A stretch of 64,000 bases of DNA from Camelus ferus (taxonomy: Eukaryota). Below, one piece after another: positions 1 to 11,665 of the stretch (positions are counted from its first letter, which is position 1; every line of letters starts with the position of its first letter). The stretch spans positions 17,300,001-17,364,000 of the forward strand of contig NC_045696.1 in assembly GCF_009834535.1 (NCBI RefSeq). The letters run 5' to 3'. The notes below the pieces were generated by a model. It made no database searches. It was not told where the DNA came from and saw only the letters and a program-made list of their open reading frames with translations. The position numbers and the translations under genes were made by a program.

Positions 1-1020
1 AATATGGAGAACATTGACTTTCCTTCACATCACACGCAAAATTAACTCAAAACATATCATACACCTTAGTACAAAAGTTAGAATACTACAACTTCTAGGC
101 AAAAATTTAAAAAATATATATTTGTAATATTAGAGTAGGCAAACATGTTTTAGGACAAAAAGTCAGGCATGTTAAATGAAATCAAAATGATAAACTGGAC
201 TCGATCAAAATTTTTAAAAATGTAGAAAATAAAAATGCAAGTTACAACAGTGGGAGAAATATTTACAATATACATGTCTGAGAAAGGTTTTATAGGCAAA
301 AATGTATAAAGGGCTTTTGCAACTCAATCATAAAATGAGAAACACTCAATAAAAGCAGGCAAATGTCTGAATAGGCATTAGACAAAATAACTGTAAAACC
401 AGTCATTAAGCAATAAAAATATGTTCAACAAAAATAGAAATAAGGTGAATACAAATTAAAATCTCCCCAAGTGAGATTCTACTAGATTCCTTCTAGAATG
501 ATTAATGCTACAATGATCGGGTATTTGGTGAGGCTTTGGAGCAACTGAAACTCTCATGCGTGCTCAGAGTACATAATTACACAACCACTTTGGAAAATGT
601 TTTGTCAGTTTCTTAAATAGTTTAAGCATATTCCTATATGACTCAGCCTTTACACTCCTAGATACTCATCCAAAAGAAATGAAAACACATTTCCACACAA
701 AGACATGTACACTAACATTCATAGCAGCAAAATTCACAATAGTTAAAAACTGAAAATAACCTGAATGTCCATCAACCTATAAATGGATGAATAAAATGTC
801 TTATGTCTTTCAATGGAATCCTTCTCAGTAACAAAAGGAAACCCATTACTGATAAACACAACCCCATGGATGAATCTCAAAATCAATGCTAAATGAAAGA
901 AGGCAGAAACAAAATAGTGTATATAAAATGCAAATTAATTTGCAGCGACAGGAAGCATTGCTGAGTCCAGGGGCAGAGGGAGGGATGCATTGCCAAAAAG
1001 TATGAAAAATTGCATTGGGG
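1..1020 (+). mobile_element. Old LINE-1 fragment (3' ORF2 plus start of 3' UTR; L1M-type), degenerate
   Basis: L1 ORF2 motifs: AAAATTAACTCAAAA, GGGAGAAATATTTACAA, CAACCACTTTGGAAAA, AATGTCCATCAAC, ATGGATGAATCTCAAAA. Many stops and frameshifts. Confidence 0.9.
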
Positions 1021-1516
1021 GGAGATTTACTATGTGGACAAAAATAAATTATCTGCCATCATGGTAATAGAAATAAGAGATTTTTCCCAGTCTCAGAAAT
1101 ACTACTTTGAAATTGAAGTTCAATTGAGCATGCCTTGAATTTGAAGTGGTATTAAAATTTCTAAAATTATGGACAAAATACATTTACCCAATTAAACTTA
1201 TGATAATAAAAAGGTAAAGAATAAAATAAACCTGCTGGATTCCAAAAGAAAGTGGCTGATAAGCCTTGAATTTTAAAACCCTATATACATCATATTGTTT
1301 TAATAAGAGAAGGGTATTTCAGAATGTCTACGCATTGTGAAATAGTCATGAGCATTAAAATTTCAATAAAAAATAAATTGTTGGGGCAAAATAGAAACAT
1401 AGCGCTTAGCACAATATCATTGTTGTATAAATTATTAAGGTTTTGAAAGAGATGCCATATTCAAAAAGAAAGCACATGCTGTAAAGGGAAAAACATCTGG
1501 AATATTAAAAGAATAC

Positions 1517-1966
1517 TTTAATAGTGTCCTGGGGTTGCCATAGCAAAGTAACAGAAACTGGGTAACTAACACAACAGAAATGTGTGATTTCATACATTCT
1601 ACTTCTGAAGTTTAGAATTTAGAAGTCTGAAATCAAAGTGTGGGCAGAGCTGGTTCCTCCCAAAGGGTAGGAGGGAAAATCTGCAGTATGCTGTTCCTAG
1701 CTGCTGGCAGCATCAGGAATTAACGTGGCTTGGAGATGGTGTTTTCTCTGTGTCTTTAACTTGTCTTCTCTTTCCGTATCTGTCTCTGTGTCCAAAATGC
1801 CCATTTTTTATAAGGACACCAGTCATAATGGAATAGGGCCGACTCTAATGACTTCATCTTAATTTGATCAGTTGCAAAGATCTTGTTTAAAAGTAAGATC
1901 ACCTTCACAGGTACTGGTGGTTAGGACTCCAAGATCTTTTGGGGGGACACAATTCAAACCATAACG
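1517..1966 (-). mobile_element. MaLR solo LTR (MLT1A-C type)
   Basis: GTTGCCATAGCAAAGTAACAGAAACTGGG, TATAAGGACACCAGTCAT and GGGGGACACAATTCAAACCATAAC. Probable 5-bp TSD AATAC (1512-1516) / AGTAC (1967-1971). Confidence 0.9.
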
Positions 1967-2269
1967 AGTACTTTGCAAAGCAGCATTTTTTACTATAGCA
2001 CAAGAGTATTATTGCTAAATAATTCAAGATCTGTTCAGGAAATAGTACACCATGTGTCTTTACTTGCAGAACCACGTGCTGAACTTAATGATGAAAGAAA
2101 TGCACACAAATTAAAGTTTTATTATAAAGTGATAAAATGTTTTCACACTCAGGACTCCTTCAAGCACAAATTTTACCTCCAGCTTTTCTGAGAACTCATT
2201 TGTAAAAAAGACCTCTGAACCTAGTGTCCTTATTAATTCGATTAACTAGTGTCTGAACCTTGCATCCCT

Positions 2270-2345
2270 ATAAATTCAATTAACTAGCTGTGCAATGTTG
2301 GTCAAGTCACTTAGCCATAAGGGACAATAAGTTTTTTTTTTAATC
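2270..2345 (+). mobile_element. MIR fragment
   Basis: ACTAGCTGTGCAATGTTGGTCAAGTCACTTAGCC resembles the MIR core. Confidence 0.55.
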
Positions 2346-3044
2346 TAAACCTCATTCAAATCATAGACTTATTAAATCTTGCAGTTCATCAAGTCTCTTT
2401 CATAACATAGCTCAGAAGTGGAGAAGAACACTTTAAAACATCACTATTCTGGCTTCCCCTTAAAAAGTCTGTAGATCCTGGCTGCTACCATTCAAGTGGC
2501 TTATTTAGAACAGCATAAGATGTTCTTCAAAGAAAACAGGTGTCTTAAACAAAGAACAACATAAATGTCCATATCATCTCTGAACAGTCAAAACTTTACC
2601 AGGACTAGGTAGGTATTCCTTATATTGAACAGAATTTTTTAACTGTAAAATCTAATTAATTCTGATTCTCACCTCTTTAGTTATACTAGTCAAGGTCTCA
2701 TTATATTCTACATAATATTCCAAATATTACGTGTTCAAACATTTGAATCAGCATACATTATATACCATCAAGTTATTCCAAATGTATATTTACATACCAT
2801 TCTTGTTTGCAATATGTTGATGAAAGTTTCCTGTGAAGAAATAGACAACATAATTAAGCTATAGGAAATATAGACTAAAATGGAATAATGAAATTTTACC
2901 TAACAGATGACATTATCATTCTATTATTTCTGCTGTCATTTTATTCATTTTTAGTAAAGATGAAAATGCATATAAGATATAATCCATCTATTTTTCTGCT
3001 AAGGTATCTTCTCCTCAAAGAACTGTGTACTAGCTATAAAAATA

Positions 3045-3270
3045 GTAATCACTCCATTTTCTGCCCTTATAATGCTTTTTTGTTTGTTTTTCAAAGCTGA
3101 CCACTACCTGATGTATTACATGTTTGTGTTCATTTATTTATCATTTGCCTTCACAAACTAGGTGGGATGCTCACAGAGAACACATTTTCAGGTGTGTTCT
3201 ACAGTAGACTATACTCTGGGTCTGTCACCAAGAAGGTGACAGTAATTACCTGTGGGCTGAAAAAATTGTT
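3045..3270 (+). mobile_element. L2 3'-end fragment
   Basis: Pyrimidine-rich run, then CACTACCTGATGTATTACATG...TTTATTTATCATTTGCC, the typical L2 3' layout. Confidence 0.55.
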
Positions 3271-4329
3271 AGGTGAAAAACAGATGATTACTTCTAAAAA
3301 GAGTCACAATAAAACTAAGATGAAATTACAATTGCAAATTATATGCTTCAAAAATTAAATGTGCATATTTTGGCAAGGGATATTTTATACCATCATCATA
3401 AAACTATCAGTATTAATAAATGGCACCTAGGTATTATATTCCAATTTCTACTACAAATTCCCATTTAGTGCTTTAAAGTTCTATTTTCTAATAAAAGATT
3501 ACTATATTTTCATCTAGGAAAATAAAACCAGCTGTAATTAAATACAAGTTACTAAAGTTACTAACATGAACTAACACTTTCAAAAAGCATGGTACTTTTT
3601 GATATCTCCCATTATCAATAATCTGAAAATTTATAACATTGAAATATCCATATTTGAGCATGAAATAATGTAACACATTAGAAATACAGAAAAAAATTAA
3701 GTTGAATCTTTAAATTATGGCAGAGGTGTTCAATACTAAAAATATAGAAAACTTTTCTGCTCAGAAAGCAAATTCTTTGATGACACAATTACCCTGGGCA
3801 ACTTCAATAGTCTCCTCAGTAAAAAGTGGATTTGAATTAGTACAGCTCAGAATTGTGATCTGCCATATTCTGGGTCTGGTTTTTATTCTGCGTTAGATTT
3901 TCTTTATATGTTGGTATCACCTGCAGTTTGTCAGGAAGTGTACATAGAGGTGTGTTTTTGTTTTGACCTGGATCCATTCAAAATCTCCCTGCAACCTGAA
4001 ATCATTCACAGGGGAAGAGGCTGCACTGAGGAGCTATTACAATTTCTCTGCAGCCAAGTAGCCCACTGAAATCAGCATGCTAGGCAATTCTGCCCCTGGG
4101 ATCCTTGCTAAAATACATCCTGAGACTCCTGAGGGTCCCCAGATAGCACTTGGGAAAATTCATATTGCCATGAACTCTGCTCAAGGAATAGTAAGAGCCT
4201 TATATGCCACAAATGATATGAATAAACATTTATAAAGGAAAAATACAACCAGCAAAGAACACATAAAAAATATAAGAACACATTCATATATATCCAACAA
4301 AAATAAACGATCATCATGTACTTTTTTGC

Positions 4330-4702
4330 TATCCGTGTGGGCTGCATTACTTCCCACCTGTATCTGCTGCTACCTCCTGGGAGAAGATTTTACTTCCTTA
4401 CCCCGCAAAAATTAGGCTCAACTACATGGCTTGTTTAATCTGATGACACGGGAGAGGAAGTGATGTAAACCACTTCTGGGAAAGAATCGGCATATTTTCT
4501 CTTTCCTTTTTCTGTGAAGACTAACAGTGGTGCTGCGCTTGGCTACTCCTTCAGCTTGAACCCTTTAGTGAAGATAGTGCACCAAAAAAAACACAGCTGA
4601 CCCATGGTGGATACACAGCAGGAGCAAAAAACAAAACTTGTTTGATGTAAACTCCAGGGATTTGGGAGTTGTTTGCCATTAGGCACATCTAGCCTATCCT
4701 GG
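4330..4702 (+). mobile_element. Old MaLR solo LTR (MLT1I/J-type)
   Basis: GGAAGTGATGTAAACCACTTCTGGG, CAGCTGACCCATGGTGGATACACAGCAGGAGC and the terminal GGATTTGGGAGTTGTTTG...TAGCCTATCCTG. Confidence 0.75.
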
Positions 4703-4885
4703 TCCTTGGTGAATCAATGATCTATGATCGATAGTGGAACTGAAACTATTGGAGGAAGGCAGTTACTTTATGTGTTGTTGGTGGCAAGCTTGAATTGTAA
4801 TAACATCTATTAATACCACTCTGAAAATATTTACAAAGAGATATACAAACTCTGACATATTTGCCTATTTGGGAAACAAAGACAG

Positions 4886-5130
4886 GACTGTCATCAAGGT
4901 AGTGGGGTAGGAGGCTCCTGACTTACCCTCCTCCCAGGGGTTGGATGCAAGAAATAAGCAGCTACACATTGATCAAGTCCCTCTGGGAGAAATCCAGAAA
5001 CTAAAAGAGAGACATCAGGCAACTGAGAAAATAGTCAAATCTGAACAGGTAAGAAAATTCTGCACAGCAAAGGAAACCATCAACACAGTGAAAAGGCAGC
5101 CTATGGAAAGGGAGAAAATATTTGCAAACA
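4886..5130 (+). mobile_element. Internally deleted LINE-1: 5' UTR start joined to a late ORF2 segment
   Basis: 4886-~5055 resembles an L1 5' end (CAAGGTAGTGGGGTAGGAGGCTCCTGACTTACCCTCCTCCCA). 5058-5130 encodes FCTAKETINTVKRQPMEREKIFAN, matching the conserved L1 ORF2 motif FCTAKETINRVKRQPTEWEKIFAN. Confidence 0.75.
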
Positions 5131-5565
5131 GTATTTTTGCAAATATTTGCAAAGTAATTTGGGATTTAGAATTTCAGGATTGCACTAAAGTTATAAATAA
5201 ACAAAGACAGAGATTAGAAATATTTTCCTCATATTCTTGTGTTTCATCACCACTGTACTTCAGATCCCATGGCAGATGGTGAGAATTTTATAGGTAGTGC
5301 ATACTATAAAAATTACTAGACTCACAGTTCTAAATTGCCCCTAATTGTCTATGAAAACACAGATGAAACTTTTAGAGTATTTCTGCCTGCTTCACTAGGC
5401 AGATGAATCAGAAATGATTCAAAAAAAGAAAAAGGTGAATCTATTTATCAATTTATAGATTACTTAAAACTCTTCAGCACTGGGAATTATATATTTTAAA
5501 AAATATCTATCTACTACTTTACTAATGCTTCCTTAAGATTCCACACGATTAAGACTATAACCTCT

Positions 5566-5727
5566 CAGACCTACTGTATAAGCACAGAGGACTAAATTCA
5601 ATTTCTTGTAATAACACAATGGAAAAGAATCTAAAAAAATACGTATGTGTGTATATGTATAACTGAATTGCTTTGCTGTTCACCTGAAACTAACATTGTA
5701 AATCAACTACACTTCATTTTTAAAAAA
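5566..5727 (+). mobile_element. 5'-truncated LINE-1 3' end (cetartiodactyl-type 3' UTR) inserted into a MIR
   Basis: TATAACTGAATTGCTTTGCTGTTCACCTGAAACTAACATTGTAAATCAACTACACTTC followed by an A tail. Degenerate TSD AAGACTATAACCTCT (5551-5565) / AGGACTATAATAACCTCT (5728-5745). Confidence 0.88.
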
Positions 5728-5975
5728 AGGACTATAATAACCTCTAGAGGGAAGCATCCTTGATTTAAATGTCAAGTCTGAACTTAACTTTGTTCGTGTT
5801 AAGTAAATGTCTTAATCTTTCTGCTCCTTGATTTGCTCCGTTTTTAAGTTGTAAGGATAATATTATCCCTTATTCAAATCAAAGGTTGTTTTGAGATCAG
5901 ATGGAGTAATCTGGGGAAAGGACCCAGGGAAAATGCACCTGGGTCATGGTATGCCCTCATTATTTGCTCTTGTTG
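5728..5975 (+). mobile_element. MIR (host of the L1 insertion)
   Basis: GTCTTAATCTTTCTGCTCCTTGATTTGCTCCGTTTTTAAG...GGATAATA...GGTTGTTTTGAGATCAGATGGAGTAAT resembles the MIR core and 3' part. Confidence 0.65.
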
Positions 5976-6155
5976 CTGTTTGTTTGGAGTTTTTTGCTCC
6001 CACCATCTTTGGAGTCAGTCAATACAGTACAGCATTGTTCTCTTTCTCAGACTACACCAGCATCTTTGTGCCTTTCTGAACGCATGTCTACCTATTATGA
6101 TTCCCTAGCATGAGAAAAAGCATCAATTACAATAGATTTTGTAACTGATGAAACT

Positions 6156-6156
<1 letters not shown>

Positions 6157-6195
<39 letters not shown>
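6157..6195. repeat. (TAA)n microsatellite, about 13 units
   Basis: Seen directly. It explains the poly-Leu run in ORF 6127..6363. Confidence 0.97.
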
Positions 6196-6197
<2 letters not shown>

Positions 6198-7074
6198 TGT
6201 TGTAAACATGTATATATGATGTTTTATGTATATCATACATATTATATGTGTATGTGTATATACTTATAGAGATGGCCACACCACCCATCTCTACCATTAC
6301 CCACCCCCTCTCCCATACACATGCACATGCCTGCGTGTACACACATAACCTATTCTGTCTCATAGGTATTTTTTGTTTTGTTTTTACTCCAATACTTTAC
6401 TCTCTTGATTACATAAGTTTATAGTAGATGGGCAAATGATATGGATTTATTAAATATAGTTCTCTTCTGAATTGTTACTATCCAGTATTTCAATAATATT
6501 TACATTATATAAGAACTTCTTTAAAGATTTAATTTAATTTTCTTAAGATGTATCAAGTTAGAGGAATTAATATTTTGAATGGCCACCATTCTATTTTCAA
6601 ATAGGCTACAAAAACACATTGAATGTTTGATTTTAACTAGCCATCTTAGATTATGATACTGGAAATTGGGCAATAAATATTTAGGTTATATTTTCAAATC
6701 CACTTTTGCAGGACAACCATTTTGAACATAACTGGCAGATTCCTAAAGAAGGGAAGATAAATAAGAGGCCAGTCTCAAGATTTGCTAAAACTCTATTTTC
6801 CATGGTTTCCAAAGATTTCTGAGTCTGAGCTCTAGGGGAAAAAATTAGCTGGCTCATCTCAGCTTCAATTAAAACATCAAAATTGTTTTGAAATACTGAG
6901 TCTCATATATATTTTATTTGAGAAAAATTTACCTATCTATATTCCTATCTATATTATAGAAATAATTAACATAGACTTGGTAACGTGCCTTGAAATCTTT
7001 CAGGTTATAGGAATCTCTTGTATCAGTCTTTTAGACAACAGTGATTGCATAATTCCTGGGCAGCAATAGGGAAT

Positions 7075-7315
7075 ATTTTAGGACACAAGATTTGAAGCCA
7101 GAATGGTCCTTTTGAAATATATGTTGTACCATGTAGTTGGAGATTAACAAAGGGAAATATACTCAGCCATTCAAGTCTCCAGCTGTCTCATGGCGAAAGA
7201 AATAGTATTCTGCATGAGGTCACATTGGCAGTTGTGTGACATAATCCATGAAATGCACTTAGAATTGTCTCTAACATATAAACTGATTTGGGCAAATACT
7301 AGATATTAATATTAT
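7075..7315 (+). mobile_element. MIR, highly diverged
   Basis: GATTTGAAGCCAGA at the 5' end and ATAATCCATGAAATGCACTTAGAATTGTCTCTAACATATA at the 3' end. Confidence 0.55.
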
Positions 7316-8424
7316 GGTTTATTGTCATATTAGACAAAAACTTTAATAGAGCCACAAATTTAGACTGTAAGTTTTCCTTTAGAATGTAAAAAAAGGCATA
7401 CCATATGTAAAATGGATGTCAAATAATAAAACTTACAGTTTAGGATTATACTCTATGATAATATTCATAAGTGTTTTTGCTAGTCTGCAATAAACAATCA
7501 GAATCATCCACCAAGAAGTACACGTATGGTCTTTGTGGTTCCAGAAGGGAAAGGTAGCTACCCCAATTTGATTCGCAATCATCTCCTATTTAGGAAGTCC
7601 TTCCTTTAATATGTAAATGCAACAGCATTACAAATACTGTTCTCCCTGAATGAACAGCTCTGGATTAGCCAAAGAGGAAGAGAATGCTCAGCTGCCAACT
7701 GAGATAAATGGTTTCATAAACTAACCTTTGTCATAGCAAGAGGCCTCACAGGCACAAAATGCAGGTAATCAGGACTTCCGGATTTATTTGAGAGTATTCA
7801 ACCCATGAGGAGAACATAACTTAAAAATCATATTTAAAATTTAACCCCAGAGTAAAAGCTAGAAAGCTTTTCAAAACAAAAGGCTACATTGTATCAGCTG
7901 TGGCAAAAATAATACATATTTCTCTGCCCAGTGTCCCCAAAACAAGGATCCAAGGCAGTACTGTACAAGCAATACAATCCTATTAATGGTTATTCCATTT
8001 TAGAAAATAATGTTTAAAGATTATCTTGCTCTCTACATATCTTACCATCCATTATTGTTATTTTCAAAATTGTGTCAGGAACACTTTTATTTCAAGATTA
8101 AGGAGTAGGTTTTGTAACCATCAACCCTCCTCTGCATGATTTATGAATCTGTTCCATACATAGGTACTTAAACTGTAAAAGAGAATCAGTACTACGGATT
8201 GTATAAAATTAAGTATTCCTGAGAAACATTGGAGTAAATATTTATTCAGTTTAGGAAAATATTATCCATCCCTTTATAATTTATATAGTATTGCGAATGC
8301 TGCTCTATTAAAACCACAAACAAGATCACATGAAGGGATATTTAGATAGAACAAGTGCTGATAAAATATCATTAAATTGAATAGGGACCTCTGATCAATA
8401 GCCATATTCAGTGGACTACAGTAA

Positions 8425-8660
8425 AAATAGTTATTGTGCTTTAAGGACTTATACCAGGCACTGTGCCAAAAGCTTTGCAGACAATATCACAATGAATTCC
8501 TTCAAGAACGTGAGAAGTACTGCTTTTACCTTCAATTTCCCAATGTAAATTGTCAACTACAGAGATTAAACATCTTGGCCAAAGTGCAAATGTCATTCAA
8601 TGATGAGGATGCTGTTTGAAACCAGATCTACTTTAGTTCAGCGTCTTCTCCAGTACACAG
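8425..8660 (-). mobile_element. MIR
   Basis: TATACCAGGCACTGTGCCAAAGCTTTGCA, CAGAGATTAAACATCTTGGCCAAAGT and TTTGAAACCAGATCT. Confidence 0.8.
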
Positions 8661-8689
8661 GCTATCGGTTAGATCACTCTTAAATCTTG

Positions 8690-9100
8690 GAGTTCTCACT
8701 TTCCATTCCCTTTTCTAGTTTTCTAGTTCAGACAAGCATCACGTCTTTTTTTTTTCCAATTACTACAAGCACCTTCTTATTGATTTGCTGCCTCCACAAC
8801 ATAAATCTAACCAAGTTATTCACTACTCTGCTGCTTAAAACATGTCCAAGCAAGACACTTCATCACCTGGCCCCTGCTTCACTTTGTAGCCTGAGCCTTG
8901 AAAACTCCCTAGTTTATAGGCAGTGTTCTAATTTTACTTTTCATCTTTTAGTTCATTGAAGATGCCAAATTATCTCTTGGCTTGATACTGTCACCTGCCT
9001 CTTCTCTGACTGCTTTCCCCTAGCGATGCTATATCTTCATATCTTAACTCAAATATCACATCTTGCTCAAAAAAGGGTCTCACCTGAGAAAGCCTGCTCA
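8690..9100 (+). mobile_element. L2 fragment
   Basis: CACTACTCTGCTGCTTAAAAC, CTTCATCACCTGGCCCCTGCTTCACT and CTTAACTCAAATATCACATC. Confidence 0.6.
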
Positions 9101-9397
9101 GGTACCTGCACCACAATTGCATCCTAAAAATACACTAGGTTCCTTGATTCAAAAGGCAAACACATTAGTGAAGAGCTAGAGAAATCTGCACACCACTGAA
9201 GAACGACTGCCAATTTCTCCAACATTTCACCTGCATATTACCTTTTCTCAGCTCAGAACCTGAATACTGATACTACAGCTGGTTTCTCTGGAGTCATTAG
9301 GCCTGACTTGTAGCAATGTTTTTTCAGTGGAACTCAAATTCACAGATCCCTGGCTTCCACTGGGTATTAAATCAGAGAGCGAACCTAAATACTGATT

Positions 9398-9440
9398 TAA
9401 AAAAAAAAAAAAAAAAGAAAGAAAGAAAGAAAAAAAAAAG
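9398..9440. repeat. Poly(A)/(GAAA)n tract
   Basis: Seen directly. Confidence 0.9.
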
Positions 9441-11334
9441 GCAAGGTCCTAAGTACTCCATCATTATGGAAAGTTCATTCCTGCTCCTTCTCCCCCAGTC
9501 CACTTTGTGTTCTAAATTGACACCTTGACACACCATACATGTTTACAGGGAAGTAGATGTGAGGGATAATATAATCTGGTGTCCTCTAGCATCCTTATCT
9601 TTTAATTCACTACCCTACCAGAGATCCACAATTGCCCCTTGATGTAGGTCCACAGTTCTGTCCAACCTCACAGGTTGGCAGGTTGTTATCTATATAGATG
9701 CTGTCTGTCTGTGTGTTTATTTTTTTTCACCAGGCTCCTTATCATTGCCGTTGAGAAGGCTCGCATGCAGAGCTGAACTGGATCAAATGTCCGTCAGGTA
9801 AACAAGTACAGTTATTTCATGGCTTAAACACTTAAACTGGCACCAAGAGCCCAAGTCTGATGCTTGGTTTCTTAATGTTAGAGATAGATAAAATTCAGGA
9901 ATTAACCAGTACTTCTTAAGAAGCTAGTGCAAAAAACAAAGAGATATCAACCATTTCTTTCACACCACTTCTTCAAAATCTGTTACAACATGTAATCATG
10001 AAGAACTAGATGGTACCAAATAGTATTTTGACCAAGAGAATGCAACTATATCAGGACCACCATATGTTTTCCCAGTGGTGCTCCCTATGCAAATGGTTAG
10101 GCATCAAAAATAGTCTAGCCTGACTGCATTCGTGCTAAGATAATGATGAAACACCTGTTTAAGGTTGAAAGGGCACAAGGGACCAGTCTGTCTTCACTGC
10201 CAATGACAATCTGTATATTGACCAATCTCTAGTGAAGGATAGGGGCTCATGGTGAATTAATATTGGAAAACAGCCATTAACTGAATAATTGAAGTATATT
10301 TCCTAAAATAATTAGTCCCAGTTTTAGTTAGTAAATTAACCTACTAACATGATAAAATGAATCCACACGTGGATAAGAGATAATTGACTCTATCAGGTTT
10401 AGGAATATGTATTCCTAAATAAAAATTATAAACCGATATTCTAATGAACAAACAATCTTTCTAGAAAACATATTAAAAATCAGCCCCAAATTACACATAG
10501 TAGTTTAAGTAATATTAAGCAAAACTTTCTTTTTTGATCCAAACATTTATAGTTTAAATATATTTTAGAATATTATATTTGGGTTACTTTGAAATCAATA
10601 TGATGGTAAAAAAAATCTAACAGAAATGACAATCTCCTTTGCCTTTGGCATAATACAAAATTGTAAAATACAGAAAAAAAAGTGTACTGCAATGTTAAAA
10701 ATTAAATTGTTCCTACTATACTTTAGATTTAACAATTTGTATTCTTTAAAAACTGTTTTATATGACTCTATCAGATTATGATGAATTAGAGATATGAAAC
10801 AACTGAAAATCTAATTTTATTATATACTGAAAAAATACATTAGGTAACTAAATTTCAAAAATATAAAACACTTTTAATAAATACTTCTAAAACTCTGAAT
10901 TATATTGTAGAATACTCATTTTTTCTTACTTACAAGAACAATCATTTATTTCCAAAATAATTTTCAATAAAAAAGATGAATGCTATTATTTCCAAAACAA
11001 GGTTTTCAATATAAAACCTCACATATGCATGCATTGGAAATTTGCTTTTCTATTATTTAACTCAATTTAATGATTCATTTAAGTCTCCATTCTATCTGGG
11101 GAAGAAGACATAATCTTAAGACTTTTTAGTTCAACTCAACCGTTCTCAGGAGATTTTCTTTTTCTTCTTTCCTCCAGAGTTGATTTTAAATTGGAGAGTT
11201 TATGAAGTTCTGTGATTATCATTGTGATAGTGATAACTGCTTGTACAAATTGTCTACTGTGGAGATATACTATAGTTCCATGAATTTCTTAGGGAATGTC
11301 ATGTCTTCACATTGGCAGTGGGTGAAAGATGAAC

Positions 11335-11665
11335 ATCTTAATTACCTAGGAAGCAGGTGCTGAGATGGGTGAGGAGTTGGAGAAGTCTATTTGGGGCTAA
11401 TGCCCGTGAAATAGAAAATGCAGACAAAACAGAGTGGAGCAAAGCAATTTTTCAAACTGCAGTGCAGACCTGATACCTGGAAAGAGAAATGAGTATGGAA
11501 GCAGGGTGGGCAAGGAGAGGCTCAGACCAAGGCTCAGATGGTTCTTCAGGGAGCTCTGGAGCAGACTGCCTATGAGAGTCTTACACTGACAAGAGGTCGC
11601 CAGACTCTAGGACCTTCAGTTCAACCATTGGCTGGAACTTCCTGGGACAAGTGCAGCCAGAGGAC
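11335..11665 (-). mobile_element. ERVL LTR fragment (LTR16-like)
   Basis: GGAAGCAGGTGCTGAGATGG...TCTATTTGGGG, GGAAGCAGGGTGGGCAAGGAGAGGCTCAGACC, GGGAGCTCTGGAGCA and CCATTGGCTGG. Confidence 0.6.

Noticed and set aside
4941..5282. Longest ORF (113 aa) as a gene
   Set aside because: It has a non-ATG start and reads across L1 5' UTR, an L1 ORF2 fragment and flank. Only 24 aa are L1-like.
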